From a virus (Duplodnaviria; Heunggongvirae; Uroviricota; Caudoviricetes): a DNA stretch of 29,144 nucleotides. Numbering within the stretch: position 1 is the first letter of the stretch; every line of letters starts with the position of its first letter. The notes below the pieces were generated by a model. The model was not told the origin of the DNA and ran no database searches. It worked only from the letters and a program-made list of their open reading frames with translations. Below, in pieces: positions 8,430 through 18,721 of the stretch. The position numbers and the translations under genes were made by a program. The stretch lies in IMG/VR virus record IMGVR_UViG_2737471841_000001, positions 1-29,144 of that record. One strand, written 5' to 3'.

Positions 8430-8685
8430 TTTCGCAGGTTAATCCAGTTTTTGCATTACGGCAGTACCACGAAGCAACCCAAGCCAGTAAGTGGGGAAAT
8501 AACACTGGCAGCCACTGAAAGATGAACCTCCTGCCTTATGGCAAAAAAGATTCTTTGTGGTGGCGGACTGATGGAAAGACATCGGTTATTGCAGAGACCA
8601 TTCAATGAGTGGTCTCGACAATAGCTTATACCCTACACGGGATAACTTAACTGATATCCCTTTTAACGGATAAACGGAGCCAACA

Positions 8686-8928
8686 ATGGCAGAGATTATT
8701 CCCATGACTGAAGAACAGAAATTCCAGTTAGAGATTTACAAACTGGTCATGAACCAGAACGCAGCCGCAGAAGAAGCATTTCAGTTCATCGGCACTGACG
8801 AACTGAAGCTTGAGCTATTCAAAATTCACTTCCAGTCAGGCGGCGCTAATTCGGATATCACGATCCGCACATTCGAAGCGGTGCGTAAATCGAAGGAAGC
8901 GTTAGACCTGTTCACCACCGGAGCATGA
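8686..8928 (+). CDS. Hypothetical 80-aa protein upstream of small terminase
   Basis: Clean ORF with a GGAG-containing leader (acggataaacGGAGccaacaATG); no family recognised. Confidence 0.55.
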   Translation: MAEIIPMTEEQKFQLEIYKLVMNQNAAAEEAFQFIGTDELKLELFKIHFQSGGANSDITIRTFEAVRKSKEALDLFTTGA

Positions 8929-8957
8929 TGCTCAACCTGAAATAACGATTAAGTGAG

Positions 8958-9452
8958 ATGAATATGGCAGCACCAAAGGGCAACCGATTCTGGGAGGCCC
9001 GCAGTAGTCATGGGCGAAACCCTAAATTCGAATCGCCTGAGGCGCTGTGGGCTGCTTGTTGTGAATACTTCGAGTGGGCTGATGATAACCCGCTATGGGA
9101 GGGTAAGGTATTTTCATATCAGGGAGAAATAATTAAGGCTAATGTCCCTAAGATGCGAGCCATGACTATTTCAGGATTGTGTACCTTCCTTGATATCACC
9201 AGGCAAACATGGGGAACCTTCCGGTCAATGGAAGGTTTTTCTGACGTCACATCACGAGCGGAAGACATCATCTACGACCAGAAATTCTCTGGCGCAGCCG
9301 CTGACCTTCTCAACGCTAACATCATCGCCCGTGATTTGGGCCTCAAAGAGCAGTCGCAAGTTGAAGACGTGACACCTGATAAGGGAGATCGCGATAAGCG
9401 ACGCTCTCGTATCAAGGAGCTATTCAACCGTGGAACTGGACGCGATTCTTGA
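8958..9452 (+). CDS. 3: Terminase small subunit (P22 gp3-like)
   Basis: ~162-164 aa, [23 protein letters not shown]-terminus; immediately upstream of and overlapping the large terminase. Confidence 0.85.
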   Translation: MNMAAPKGNRFWEARSSHGRNPKFESPEALWAACCEYFEWADDNPLWEGKVFSYQGEIIKANVPKMRAMTISGLCTFLDITRQTWGTFRSMEGFSDVTSRAEDIIYDQKFSGAAADLLNANIIARDLGLKEQSQVEDVTPDKGDRDKRRSRIKELFNRGTGRDS

Positions 9453-10929
9453 TAACCTGAGCGACGAAGAGCAAATCGAGTTGCTCGAGCTACTCGAAGA
9501 AGAAGAGAACTACCGGAACACACACCTGCTATATGAATTTACGCCATACAGCAAACAGCGTGAGTTCATCGACGCCGGACATGACTACCCAGAGCGATGT
9601 TTTATGGCTGGTAACCAGCTTGGTAAGTCATTTACTGGTGCTGCTGAAGTCGCGTTTCACCTTACAGGGCGTTATCCGGGCACAAAAGGCTATCCTGCTG
9701 ATGGTAAATATGGCGGTGAGTGGAAAGGTAAGCGTTTCTATGAGCCTGTTGTCTTCTGGATTGGTGGCGAGACAAACGAGACTGTAACCAAAACGACTCA
9801 ACGCATCCTGTGCGGTCGTATCGAAGAGAATGATGAGCCTGGCTACGGTTCCATACCGAAAGAAGACATCATTAGCTGGAAGAAGTCTCCTTTCTTTCCG
9901 AACCTTGTTGATCATCTTCTGGTTAAGCATCACACGGCTGATGGCGTTGAAGATGGCATTTCAATCTGCTACTTCAAGCCATACTCGCAAGGCCGTGCTC
10001 GCTGGCAGGGTGACACAATCCACGGCGTGTGGTTTGACGAAGAGCCACCATACAGCATTTATGGCGAAGGTCTTACCCGTACCAACAAATACGGGCAATT
10101 CTCAATTCTGACGTTTACCCCGCTGATGGGGATGTCTGACGTTGTTACCAAGTTCCTGAAGAATCCAAGCAAGTCGCAGAAAGTGGTCAACATGACCATC
10201 TACGACGCTGAGCACTACACAGACGAACAGAAAGAGCAAATCATCGCATCTTATCCTGAGCATGAGAGAGAGGCGCGTGCTCGCGGTATTCCTACGATGG
10301 GTAGCGGTCGAATCTTCCAGATACCGGAAGAGACGATTAAGTGCCAGCCGTTCGAGTGTCCTGATCACTTCTACGTAATTGGCGGGATGGATTTCGGATG
10401 GGATCACCCACAGGCGCAGGTTCAGCTTTGGTGGGATAAGGACGCAGACACAATCTACGTTTCACGCGTGTGGAAGGCGAAAGAAAAAACAGCCGTTCAG
10501 GCGTGGGGAGCTGTTAAATCATGGGCGCATAAAGTGCCAACCGCATGGCCTCATGACGGAAACCAGCACGAGAAGGGCGGCGGTGAGCAGCTCAAAGGGC
10601 AGTATGCGGACGCTGGATTTATGATGTTGCAGGAGCATGCGACATGGCCTGATGGCGGTAATGCTGTTGAGCCTGGAATCACTGAATTGCGCGACATGAT
10701 GCTTGATGGTCGCTTCAAAGTATTCAACACCTGTGAGCCATTCTTTGAGGAGTTCCGCCTCTATCACCGTGATGAAAACGGGAAGATCGTCAAGCTTAAC
10801 GACGACGTTCTCTCAGCCGTTCGCTATGCATACATGATGCGCCGCTTCGCCAAAATGATGCGCGACATCAAAAAACCAAAAGAGAAAAAGATACCAGCCC
10901 CAATCAGGCCCATCGCACGGAGAACTTAA
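9430..10929 (+). CDS. 2: Terminase large subunit (P22 gp2-like)
   Basis: 499 aa, GTG start overlapping terS; Walker A-like GNQLGKS; acidic N-terminus (LELLEEEE); position before portal. Confidence 0.9.
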   Translation: MELDAILDNLSDEEQIELLELLEEEENYRNTHLLYEFTPYSKQREFIDAGHDYPERCFMAGNQLGKSFTGAAEVAFHLTGRYPGTKGYPADGKYGGEWKGKRFYEPVVFWIGGETNETVTKTTQRILCGRIEENDEPGYGSIPKEDIISWKKSPFFPNLVDHLLVKHHTADGVEDGISICYFKPYSQGRARWQGDTIHGVWFDEEPPYSIYGEGLTRTNKYGQFSILTFTPLMGMSDVVTKFLKNPSKSQKVVNMTIYDAEHYTDEQKEQIIASYPEHEREARARGIPTMGSGRIFQIPEETIKCQPFECPDHFYVIGGMDFGWDHPQAQVQLWWDKDADTIYVSRVWKAKEKTAVQAWGAVKSWAHKVPTAWPHDGNQHEKGGGEQLKGQYADAGFMMLQEHATWPDGGNAVEPGITELRDMMLDGRFKVFNTCEPFFEEFRLYHRDENGKIVKLNDDVLSAVRYAYMMRRFAKMMRDIKKPKEKKIPAPIRPIARRT

Positions 10930-13095
10930 ATGGCCGACGAAAACAGACTCAATTCCATTCTGTGTAAGTTTGACGCGGACTGGATGGCGAGCGATGAAGC
11001 CAGAACCGAGGCGACAAATGACCTGTATTTTAGCCGAGTGTCGCAATGGGATGACTGGCTATCAAACTACACGACCCTGCAATATCGCGGACAATTCGAT
11101 GTTGTTCGCCCGGTGGTCAGAAAACTGGTCGCAGAGATGCGCCGGAACCCTATCGACGTTCTCTTCCGACCCAAAGACGGCGCTAATCCTGATGCAGCCG
11201 ATGTATTGATGGGGATGTATCGTACTGATATGCGCCATAACACGGCAAAGATTGCCGTTAACGTTGGCGTTCGTGAGCAGATAGAGTCAGGCGTTGGTGC
11301 ATGGCGTCTGGTCACGCAGTACGAAGACAACGATCCAACAAGCAACAATCAGGTAATCCGACGCCTGCCAATCCATGAAGCCTGCTCACACGTCATATGG
11401 GACGCCAACAGCAAGCAGATGGATAAGAGCGACGCTAAGCACTGCACGGTGATTAACGCTTTGTCACGCAATGGCTGGAAAGAGTTCGCAGAGGATTACG
11501 GTATTGATCCGGACACCTTGCCATCTTTCCAGAATCCGAACGATACATGGCTGTTTCCGTGGGTATCGAATGATGTCGTCTACGTCGCTGAGTATTACGA
11601 GGTCGAAGAGAAGAAAGAGAAAGTCTTCATCTACCGCGACCCGCTGACAGGTGAGCCGGTCAGCTATTACCAGCAGGATATCAAAGACGTCATCGACGAC
11701 CTGGCTAATCGTGGATTCATTAAGGTAGCAGAGCGCAAGGTGAAGCGTCGGCGTGTGTATAAGTCGATCATCACCTGCACGCAGATACTGAAAGACCGCG
11801 AGAAGATAGCCGGAGAGCATATTCCAATCGTTCCAGTGTATGGAGAATGGTCATTCGCTGGTGACAAGGAGTGCTACGAAGGAGTGGTAAGGCTGACGAA
11901 AGACGGTCAGCGCCTTCGTAACATGATCATGTCATTCAACGCCGATATTGTTGCTCGTTCACCGAAGAAGAAACCGACCTTCTTCCCTGAGCAAATCGAA
12001 GGCTACGAATACATGTACGGTGGAAATGATGACTATCCGTACTATCTGCAGAACAAGACCGATGAAAACGGTAACGACCTGCCTATTGGTCCAATCTCCT
12101 ACATGGAAAACCCTGAAGTGCCGCAAGCCAACGCTTACATGCTTGAGGCTGCCACCAACGCAGTGAAAGAGGTGGCTAGTCTTGGCGTGGATGCGCAGGC
12201 GGCAAATGGCCAGGTCGCTTTCGATACCGTCAATCAACTGAACATGCGGGCAGACCTTGAGACATACGTGTTTCAGGATAACCTGGCTACCGCAATGCGA
12301 CGTGATGGCGAGATTTATGCCTCAATGGTCAACGATATTTATGACGTTCCTCGCCATGTAACGCTGACACTTGAAGATGGAAGCGAGAAAGACGTTCAAC
12401 TCTATGCGCAAGTTGTAGATTACCAGTCTGGCAATGTGGTCACACTCAACGACATTCGCGGTCGCTATGAGTGCTATACAGACGTCGGACCATCCTTCCA
12501 GAGCATGAAGGAACAGAATCGCGCAGAGATTCAGGAGTTGCTAACCAAGGTTCCGCAAGGTACTCCAGAGTTCCAGATGCTGATGCTGCAATACTTCACG
12601 CTGCTTGACGGTAAAGGCGTCGAGATGATGCGAGAGTACGCGAACAAGCAACTGGTGATGATGGGGCTGAAGAAACCAGAAACACCTGAAGAGATGGAGA
12701 TGGTACAGCAGGCACAACAACAGCCGCAGCAGCCATCAGCAGAGCAAATTCAGGCGCAGGGTATCCTTCTGCAAGGTCAGGCTGAATTGCTCAAGGCAGA
12801 GAACCAACAGGCGCAGATTCAGGTTGAAGCCGCCAAGGTTGAAGCCCAAAACCAACTCAACGCCGCGAAGATTGCAGAAATCTTCAACAATATGGACCTC
12901 GACAAGCAGGCAGAACTGCGTGAGTACCTCAAGCTCGTAGGTCAATTCCAGCAACAGCGCAGCAAAGATGCTCGTGCTAACGCTGAGCTGCTTCTTAAAG
13001 ATGCAGACCAGACTCATTCACAACGCATGGATTTCGCGAATCTTATGCGTCAAGTTCAAATCCCCTCCGGCGGAGTAGCCGAGACACCTCAATAA
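10930..13095 (+). CDS. 1: Portal protein (P22 gp1-like)
   Basis: 721 aa; matches my recollection of P22 portal ([33 protein letters not shown]; Gln/Ala-rich C-terminal barrel). Confidence 0.95.
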   Translation: MADENRLNSILCKFDADWMASDEARTEATNDLYFSRVSQWDDWLSNYTTLQYRGQFDVVRPVVRKLVAEMRRNPIDVLFRPKDGANPDAADVLMGMYRTDMRHNTAKIAVNVGVREQIESGVGAWRLVTQYEDNDPTSNNQVIRRLPIHEACSHVIWDANSKQMDKSDAKHCTVINALSRNGWKEFAEDYGIDPDTLPSFQNPNDTWLFPWVSNDVVYVAEYYEVEEKKEKVFIYRDPLTGEPVSYYQQDIKDVIDDLANRGFIKVAERKVKRRRVYKSIITCTQILKDREKIAGEHIPIVPVYGEWSFAGDKECYEGVVRLTKDGQRLRNMIMSFNADIVARSPKKKPTFFPEQIEGYEYMYGGNDDYPYYLQNKTDENGNDLPIGPISYMENPEVPQANAYMLEAATNAVKEVASLGVDAQAANGQVAFDTVNQLNMRADLETYVFQDNLATAMRRDGEIYASMVNDIYDVPRHVTLTLEDGSEKDVQLYAQVVDYQSGNVVTLNDIRGRYECYTDVGPSFQSMKEQNRAEIQELLTKVPQGTPEFQMLMLQYFTLLDGKGVEMMREYANKQLVMMGLKKPETPEEMEMVQQAQQQPQQPSAEQIQAQGILLQGQAELLKAENQQAQIQVEAAKVEAQNQLNAAKIAEIFNNMDLDKQAELREYLKLVGQFQQQRSKDARANAELLLKDADQTHSQRMDFANLMRQVQIPSGGVAETPQ

Positions 13096-13108
13096 GAGAG
13101 AGTTAATC

Positions 13109-14020
13109 ATGGACCAAACCACCGACATTCAGGCTTCTGAAGAATTAACCCTGCCCGGCAATCATGCAGCGGCATCTGCTGATGGCTTAGTTGTCGATAA
13201 TGCCAACGACAACGCAGGTCAGGAAGAAGGCTTCGAGATTGTCCTGAAAGACGATGAGAAACCAAAACAAGACCCGGCAACTAATGCTGAATTTGCCCGT
13301 CGCCGCATCGAACGCAAACGCCAGCGTGAGCTTGAGCAACAGATGGAAGCGGTTAAGCGGGGAGAGTTGCCGGAGCACCTGCGGGTGAACCCTGAGTTAC
13401 CAAAACAACCAGACCCTAACGATTATCTTTCCGAAGACGCACTGGCTAAGTACGACTATGACCAGAGCCGCGCACTGGCTGCCTTCCAGCAGGCAAACAG
13501 TGAATGGCAGATCAAGGCTATGGATGCACGAAGCCAGGCTGTCGCCGAGCAGGGTCGCAAAACTCAGGAGTTCACCCAGCAATCAGCGCAATACGTCGAG
13601 GCAGCCCGTAAGCACTACGACGCAGCGGAAAAGCTCAATATCCCTGACTATCAGGAGAAAGAGGATGCATTCATGCAACTGGTGCCGTCAGCAGTCGGTG
13701 CCGACATTATGCGCCTCTTCCCGGAGAAATCCGCTGCTCTCATGTATCACCTTGGTGCTAATCCTGAGAAAACACGCCAGTTGCTGGCGATGGACGGGCA
13801 ATCCGCGCTGATTGAACTCACTCGACTGTCAGAACGTTTAACTCTCAAGCCTCGAGCCAAACCTGTTTCAGAAGCCCCGCTACCTGATGAACCCATTCAG
13901 GGACACGCTGTTGCTGCAAATATATCTGCGATTGAAAAGCAGATGGAAGCGGCAGCAAACAAAGGGGATGTAGAGACGTACCGCAAGCTTAAGGCGCAAC
14001 TGAATAAAGGAATTCGATAA
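13109..14020 (+). CDS. 8: Scaffolding protein (P22 gp8-like)
   Basis: 303 aa, charged/helical, C-terminal [13 protein letters not shown] coat-binding-like region; between portal and coat. Confidence 0.9.
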   Translation: MDQTTDIQASEELTLPGNHAAASADGLVVDNANDNAGQEEGFEIVLKDDEKPKQDPATNAEFARRRIERKRQRELEQQMEAVKRGELPEHLRVNPELPKQPDPNDYLSEDALAKYDYDQSRALAAFQQANSEWQIKAMDARSQAVAEQGRKTQEFTQQSAQYVEAARKHYDAAEKLNIPDYQEKEDAFMQLVPSAVGADIMRLFPEKSAALMYHLGANPEKTRQLLAMDGQSALIELTRLSERLTLKPRAKPVSEAPLPDEPIQGHAVAANISAIEKQMEAAANKGDVETYRKLKAQLNKGIR

Positions 14021-15315
14021 TGGCATTAAATGAAGGTCAACTGGTCACGTATGCTCTGGATGAAATCATCGAAACCGTCCAGAACCTGACGCCAATGGCG
14101 TCCAAAGTGACAAAATACACCCCTCCGGCAGAATCCATGCAGCGTTCAAGCAACACCGTGTGGATGCCTGTTGAGCAGGAAGCGCCAACCCAGACTGGCT
14201 GGGATTTAACTGGCAACGCAACCGGGATTCTGGAACTCTCCGTGAAGTGCAACATGGGCGATCCGGATAACGATTTCTTCGAGCTTCGTGCAGATGACCT
14301 GCGTGATGAGCGTTCTTACCGTCGCCGCATCCAGGCATCCGCCAAAAAACTGGCGAATAACATTGAGTCAGCGATTGCCAAACAGGCAACTGAAATGGGC
14401 TCGCTTGTTGTTCACGATACCCGCGCAATTGGTCCATCTACTGGCCTGTCTGGCTGGGATTTTGTGTCTGATGCAGAGCGCCTGATGTTCTCCCGTGAGC
14501 TAAACCGCGATATGGGCATCAGTTACTTCCTGAACCCTGACGATTACCGCAAAGCAGGCCGCAACCTGGTAGATGGTGACATCTTCGGTCGCGTTCCTGA
14601 AGAAGCGTATCGCAACGGTACTATTCAGCGTCAGATTGCTGGCTTTGATGAAATTCTTCGCTCACCGAAACTTCCGGCAGTTACCAAGTCAACCGCTACT
14701 GGTGTAACTGTTTCTGGTGCGCAGAAGTTTAAGCCGCAGGCATACACTCTTGATACCGATGGTAACAAAGAGAACGTCGACAACCGTGTTGCAACGGTGA
14801 CCGTATCCTCCACCACCGGATTTAAGCGCGGCGACAAAATCAGTTTCACTGGTGTGAAATTCCTGTCTCAGATGGCGAAGAACGTGCTGACTGATGACGC
14901 GACTTTCTCAATCACCCGTGTGATCGATGGTACTCACATCGAAATCACGCCGAAACCGATTGCACTGGATGACGCGTCACTGACAAAAGAAGAGAAGGCT
15001 TACGCTAACGTAAACACCTCTCTTGCTGATACCACTCCGGTAAACGTTCTGAACGTGGCAACAACCACCGCTAACGTGTTCTGGGCTGATGACTCAATCC
15101 GTCTGCTGTCTCAGCCGATCCCGGTAACCCATGAACTGTTTGCTGGCATGAAAACGTCTTCCTTCAGCATTCCAGGCATTGGTGTTAACGGCATCTTCGC
15201 AACGCAGGGTGATATCAACACTCTGTCTGGTAAGTGCCGTATTGCTGTGTGGTATTCAGCATGTGCTGTACGACCAGAGGCAATTGGTGTTGGTCTGCCT
15301 AACCAGACTGCGTGA
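14020..15315 (+). CDS. 5: Major coat protein (P22 gp5-like)
   Basis: 431 aa, [21 protein letters not shown] ... [11 protein letters not shown]; size and order match P22 coat (about 430 aa from memory). Confidence 0.95.
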   Translation: MALNEGQLVTYALDEIIETVQNLTPMASKVTKYTPPAESMQRSSNTVWMPVEQEAPTQTGWDLTGNATGILELSVKCNMGDPDNDFFELRADDLRDERSYRRRIQASAKKLANNIESAIAKQATEMGSLVVHDTRAIGPSTGLSGWDFVSDAERLMFSRELNRDMGISYFLNPDDYRKAGRNLVDGDIFGRVPEEAYRNGTIQRQIAGFDEILRSPKLPAVTKSTATGVTVSGAQKFKPQAYTLDTDGNKENVDNRVATVTVSSTTGFKRGDKISFTGVKFLSQMAKNVLTDDATFSITRVIDGTHIEITPKPIALDDASLTKEEKAYANVNTSLADTTPVNVLNVATTTANVFWADDSIRLLSQPIPVTHELFAGMKTSSFSIPGIGVNGIFATQGDINTLSGKCRIAVWYSACAVRPEAIGVGLPNQTA

Positions 15316-15322
15316 TAACCAG

Positions 15323-15347
15323 AGGGAGCTTCGGCTCCCTTTTTTAT
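15323..15347 (+). terminator. Intrinsic terminator after coat gene
   Basis: AGGGAGC-TTCG-GCTCCCT stem-loop followed by TTTTTTAT, 8 nt after the coat stop. Confidence 0.7.
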
Positions 15348-15359
15348 CTGGAGACAAGC

Positions 15360-15596
15360 ATGACACACATGATCTTTCGTCATGGCGACATGAAGAAATG
15401 GAAAGGCGTTGGCTACGACTTTGAAATCGTGAAAGCCGAAGAGCTTCAGGAATATCTGGATGCTGGCTGGTTTTCACATCCTGATGACCTTTTGAAGGAT
15501 GTTGCAGAGCCAGAGCCAGAGCCAGAAGAAAAACAGCGTAAAAAGCCTGGTCGAAAACCTAAGGCGGCAGCAGATGAACCTGACAACGAAGGGTGA
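15360..15596 (+). CDS. Hypothetical small acidic protein (overlaps gp4 start)
   Basis: 78 aa from ATG 15360 just after the terminator; C-terminus [28 protein letters not shown]; overlaps the gp4 start by 23 nt in another frame. Confidence 0.4.
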   Translation: MTHMIFRHGDMKKWKGVGYDFEIVKAEELQEYLDAGWFSHPDDLLKDVAEPEPEPEEKQRKKPGRKPKAAADEPDNEG

Positions 15597-16074
15597 TTTA
15601 GTCCTTGCGGCATTACGTAAGCTCGGTGTGGCATCAAATGCCACGTTAACAGATGTCGAACCGCAGTCTATGGAAGACGGCGTCAACGACCTTGAAATGA
15701 TGATGGCTGAATGGCTTGGCGGTGATGCGTCACCTGGTATCAACGTTGGCTACATTTTTGCTGATGCAGATGTCGCTCCGGATCCGGGCGATGAGCACGG
15801 TTTATCAAATAACGCTATCAATGCCGTCATTTTTAACCTTGCCTGCCGCATTGCTCCAGATTATGCGCTGGAAGCGTCAGCAAAACTTATAACCACTGCC
15901 AGATACGGGAAAGAGCGACTCGTCAAACTGTCTGCAATGGACAGAGCAAAAGCCGCTAAATGTAAGTCCGGTTATCCAAACCGTATGCCTGTTGGTAGCG
16001 GTAACCAGTTGGCGAAGTGGAATGGTTGGAATTACTTCCACCGAAAGGAACCTTGCGATAACGGGAGCGAATAA
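15574..16074 (+). CDS. 4: Head completion / tail accessory factor (P22 gp4-like)
   Basis: 166 aa from ATG 15574 ([33 protein letters not shown]). The ORF track start at 15499 is probably run-in. Confidence 0.85.
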   Translation: MNLTTKGDLVLAALRKLGVASNATLTDVEPQSMEDGVNDLEMMMAEWLGGDASPGINVGYIFADADVAPDPGDEHGLSNNAINAVIFNLACRIAPDYALEASAKLITTARYGKERLVKLSAMDRAKAAKCKSGYPNRMPVGSGNQLAKWNGWNYFHRKEPCDNGSE

Positions 16075-16179
16075 ATGCCTATTCAGCAACTTCCGCTTAT
16101 GAAAGGTGTCGGCAAAGACTTCCGAAACGCCGACTATATCGACTATCTGCCAGTGAATATGCTGGCAATTTTGATATAA
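16075..16179 (+). pseudogene. Orphan 5' fragment of gp10 (34 codons), displaced by the HNH gene insertion
   Basis: Starts 1 nt after gp4 stop; MPIQQLPLMKGVGKDFRNADYIDYLPVNMLA then ILI-stop; same N-terminus reappears in diverged form at 16748. Confidence 0.65.
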
Positions 16180-16215
16180 TAAGTACATGAAAAATCGAAA
16201 CTTTAAGGAGTAGAT

Positions 16216-16800
16216 ATGCTTTCTGAGAATGCTAAAGATATACCTGGATTTGAAGGTGTTTATGCCGTAACAGAAGATGGCAGGGTGTATTCTCACTCAC
16301 GTGTTGTTAAGGCTGCGCATGGCAGCACGCAACTCAGAAAGGGGCGCTGGTTAAAGCCTAAAATAAATCAGGGAAGGGTGCTTTATAATATCGGAGCAAA
16401 ATGGACTTTTGCCCATCGAATCGTTGCAATGACATTCCTGCCAAATCCTGAAAACAAGCCTCAGGTAAATCATATTGATGGCAATCCACTCAATAATAAC
16501 GTCAATAATCTTGAGTGGTGCACTCAAAGCGAAAACATCAAACATGCATACGCCACCGGATTAAAGAAACCAATCAAGTTTTTCGGAACCAAGCACCCAA
16601 AACACAAGTTGAGTGATGACGATGTTCTTGCAATCAAGTCATCAAAAGAAAGCTTGTCAGTAATTGCGGCTAAGTACGGGATATCTAAGACCTGGGCAAG
16701 TAGGCTAAAGCGTGATGCTAACTGGGTTCATATAAAGGTTGATTCCAATGGCAATACAACAACTACCACTAATGAAGGGATTGGGGAAAAGTGCGGTTAA
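16216..16800 (+). CDS. Free-standing HNH homing endonuclease (NUMOD4-like N-terminus, HNH core, C-terminal HTH)
   Basis: 194 aa; GFEGVYAVTEDGRVYSH, HRIVAMTF ... VNHIDGNPLNNNVNNLEWCTQSEN (HNH), LSVIAAKYGISKTWASRLKR (HTH). 3' end overlaps the gp10 start. Confidence 0.85.
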   Translation: MLSENAKDIPGFEGVYAVTEDGRVYSHSRVVKAAHGSTQLRKGRWLKPKINQGRVLYNIGAKWTFAHRIVAMTFLPNPENKPQVNHIDGNPLNNNVNNLEWCTQSENIKHAYATGLKKPIKFFGTKHPKHKLSDDDVLAIKSSKESLSVIAAKYGISKTWASRLKRDANWVHIKVDSNGNTTTTTNEGIGEKCG

Positions 16801-18166
16801 TGCTGATTATATAGACCAACTTCCAGTCAATCTTTTAGCTACGTCTAAGGAGGTGTTGAATTCATCGGGATATCTTCGCTCATTCCCGGGCATTGCCAAA
16901 CGTTCTGATGTGAACGGTGTATCGCGCGGCGTCGAGTACAACATGGCGCAGAGTGCTGTTTATCGAGTGTGTGGTAGCAAGTTGTATAAGGGCGAAAGTG
17001 AGGTCGGTGATGTTGCCGGAAGTGGTCGCGTATCAATGGCGCATGGTCGGACATCACAGGCGGTAGGCGTTAATGGTCAACTGGTCGAGTATCGCTATGA
17101 TGGCACGGTTAAAACCGTCTCAAACTGGCCTGCAGACAGTGGATTTACTCAGTATGAGTTAGGTTCAGTCCGCGACATTACGCGCTTACGTGGGCGTTAT
17201 GCGTGGTCAAAAGACGGCACGGATTCATGGTTTATCACTGACCTTGAAGACGAATCGCATCCTGACCGTTACAGCGCACAATATCGCGCAGAATCGCAGC
17301 CGGACGGTATCCTCGGCATCGGAACATGGCGAGACTTCATCGTCTGCTTTGGTTCATCGACGATTGAATATTTTTCCCTGACTGGGGCAACTACCGTTGG
17401 TGCCGCTTTGTATGTCGCACAGCCATCACTGATGGTGCAGAAAGGCATTGCCGGAACTTACTGCAAAACGCCGTTTGCTGATTCCTATGCGTTTATCAGC
17501 AATCCGGCAACAGGTGCTCCGTCTGTATACATCATCGGCTCCGGTCAGGTATCACCAATCGCCAGCGCGAGCATTGAGAAAATCCTCCGCTCCTACACTG
17601 CTGATGAACTGGCTGATGGTGTGATGGAATCGTTGCGGTTTGATGCTCATGAGTTGCTGATTATCCATCTTTCGCGTCACGTCCTTGTGTACGACGCATC
17701 TTCAAGCGCCAATGGTCCGCAATGGTGTGTGCTGAAAACAGGCCTGTATGACGATGTGTACCGCGCTATCGACTTCATTTACGAAGGCAATCAGATAACG
17801 TGCGGCGATAAGCTGGAGTCCGTGACCGGGGAATTGCAGTTCGATATATCTTCACAATACGAAAAACAACAAGAGCATATTTTATATTCCCCTCTAATAA
17901 AGGCTGATAACGTTTTAATAAATGACCTTGAATTAGAAACATCTGGCGGCGTGTGTGATAGAATAGATAGAATATTTATATCAGCCACTACAGATGGAAT
18001 TAATTACGGTCGTGAGCAAATGGTTGTATTACAAAAACCATTTGTATATGACAATCGCGTTTTATGGCGAAAGGTTGGTCGAGTTAGACGCCTCATTGGA
18101 TTTAAATTCAGAGTTATTGCAAAAGGTCCTGTCACATTATCAGGCCTTTCTATTCGTGTAACATAA
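16748..18166 (+). CDS. 10: Tail hub / tail accessory protein (P22 gp10-like)
   Basis: 472 aa from ATG 16748 (MAIQQLPLMKGLGK...); the track start at 16739 is TTG. Position and length match P22 gp10. Confidence 0.9.
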   Translation: MAIQQLPLMKGLGKSAVNADYIDQLPVNLLATSKEVLNSSGYLRSFPGIAKRSDVNGVSRGVEYNMAQSAVYRVCGSKLYKGESEVGDVAGSGRVSMAHGRTSQAVGVNGQLVEYRYDGTVKTVSNWPADSGFTQYELGSVRDITRLRGRYAWSKDGTDSWFITDLEDESHPDRYSAQYRAESQPDGILGIGTWRDFIVCFGSSTIEYFSLTGATTVGAALYVAQPSLMVQKGIAGTYCKTPFADSYAFISNPATGAPSVYIIGSGQVSPIASASIEKILRSYTADELADGVMESLRFDAHELLIIHLSRHVLVYDASSSANGPQWCVLKTGLYDDVYRAIDFIYEGNQITCGDKLESVTGELQFDISSQYEKQQEHILYSPLIKADNVLINDLELETSGGVCDRIDRIFISATTDGINYGREQMVVLQKPFVYDNRVLWRKVGRVRRLIGFKFRVIAKGPVTLSGLSIRVT

Positions 18167-18187
18167 ATCGAAACTTAAGGAGTAGAT

Positions 18188-18721
18188 ATGTTAAGTGAAA
18201 ACGCAAAAGATATCGAAGGATATGAAGGACTGTACGCCATCACTAATGATGGTAGAGTTTACTCGCATTCAAGAGTAAATTTGAGGGGACGTCTTATTAA
18301 GGGGAGGTGGCTGAAGCATAATCATAACGTAAATGGATATAAGTATGTGTGTTTATATAAGGATGGCGTAAAAAAGAACATACTAATACATAAGCTTGTT
18401 GCATCTCACTTTGTTGGTGGATTTGCTGAAGGGTTACAGGTTAACCATATAGATGGTGATAAATATAATAATAACTATCTAAATCTTGAATGGGTTACTC
18501 CATCAGGAAATATCTCACACTCATATGGATTGGAATCGCGAGGTAATGTTAAAGGAGAAAGGAATGGTAATTCTAAAATATCTAATGATGATGTCATAAA
18601 GATAAAAGAAATGGTTGCCAATGGATTTCCTCAGTGTGAAGTTGCTAAATTATTTGGAATTCACAATTCAAAGGTTAGTAGAATTGTAAATGGCAAGGCA
18701 TGGAGGCATGTGAATGGCTGA
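18188..18721 (+). CDS. Free-standing HNH homing endonuclease (paralog of 16216..16800)
   Basis: 177 aa; N-terminus [30 protein letters not shown] nearly identical to the first HNH protein; HKLVASHF ... [20 protein letters not shown]; C-terminal HTH; AT-rich. Confidence 0.85.
   Translation: MLSENAKDIEGYEGLYAITNDGRVYSHSRVNLRGRLIKGRWLKHNHNVNGYKYVCLYKDGVKKNILIHKLVASHFVGGFAEGLQVNHIDGDKYNNNYLNLEWVTPSGNISHSYGLESRGNVKGERNGNSKISNDDVIKIKEMVANGFPQCEVAKLFGIHNSKVSRIVNGKAWRHVNG

Noticed and set aside
9262-9283. Possible pac site inside the small-terminase gene (GAAGACATCATCTACGACCAGA)
   Set aside because: Only a loose resemblance to the P22 pac sequence as I remember it; cannot be verified without alignment or packaging-end mapping.
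12700-13060. Gln/Ala-rich repetitive stretch at the 3' end of the portal gene
   Set aside because: Corresponds to the known helical C-terminal barrel of P22-type portals; coding low complexity, not a repeat element or CRISPR array.
15499-15573. Upstream extension of the gp4 ORF ([25 protein letters not shown])
   Set aside because: The gp4-like sequence begins at ATG 15574 and gives the expected ~166 aa; the extension reads like run-in leader.
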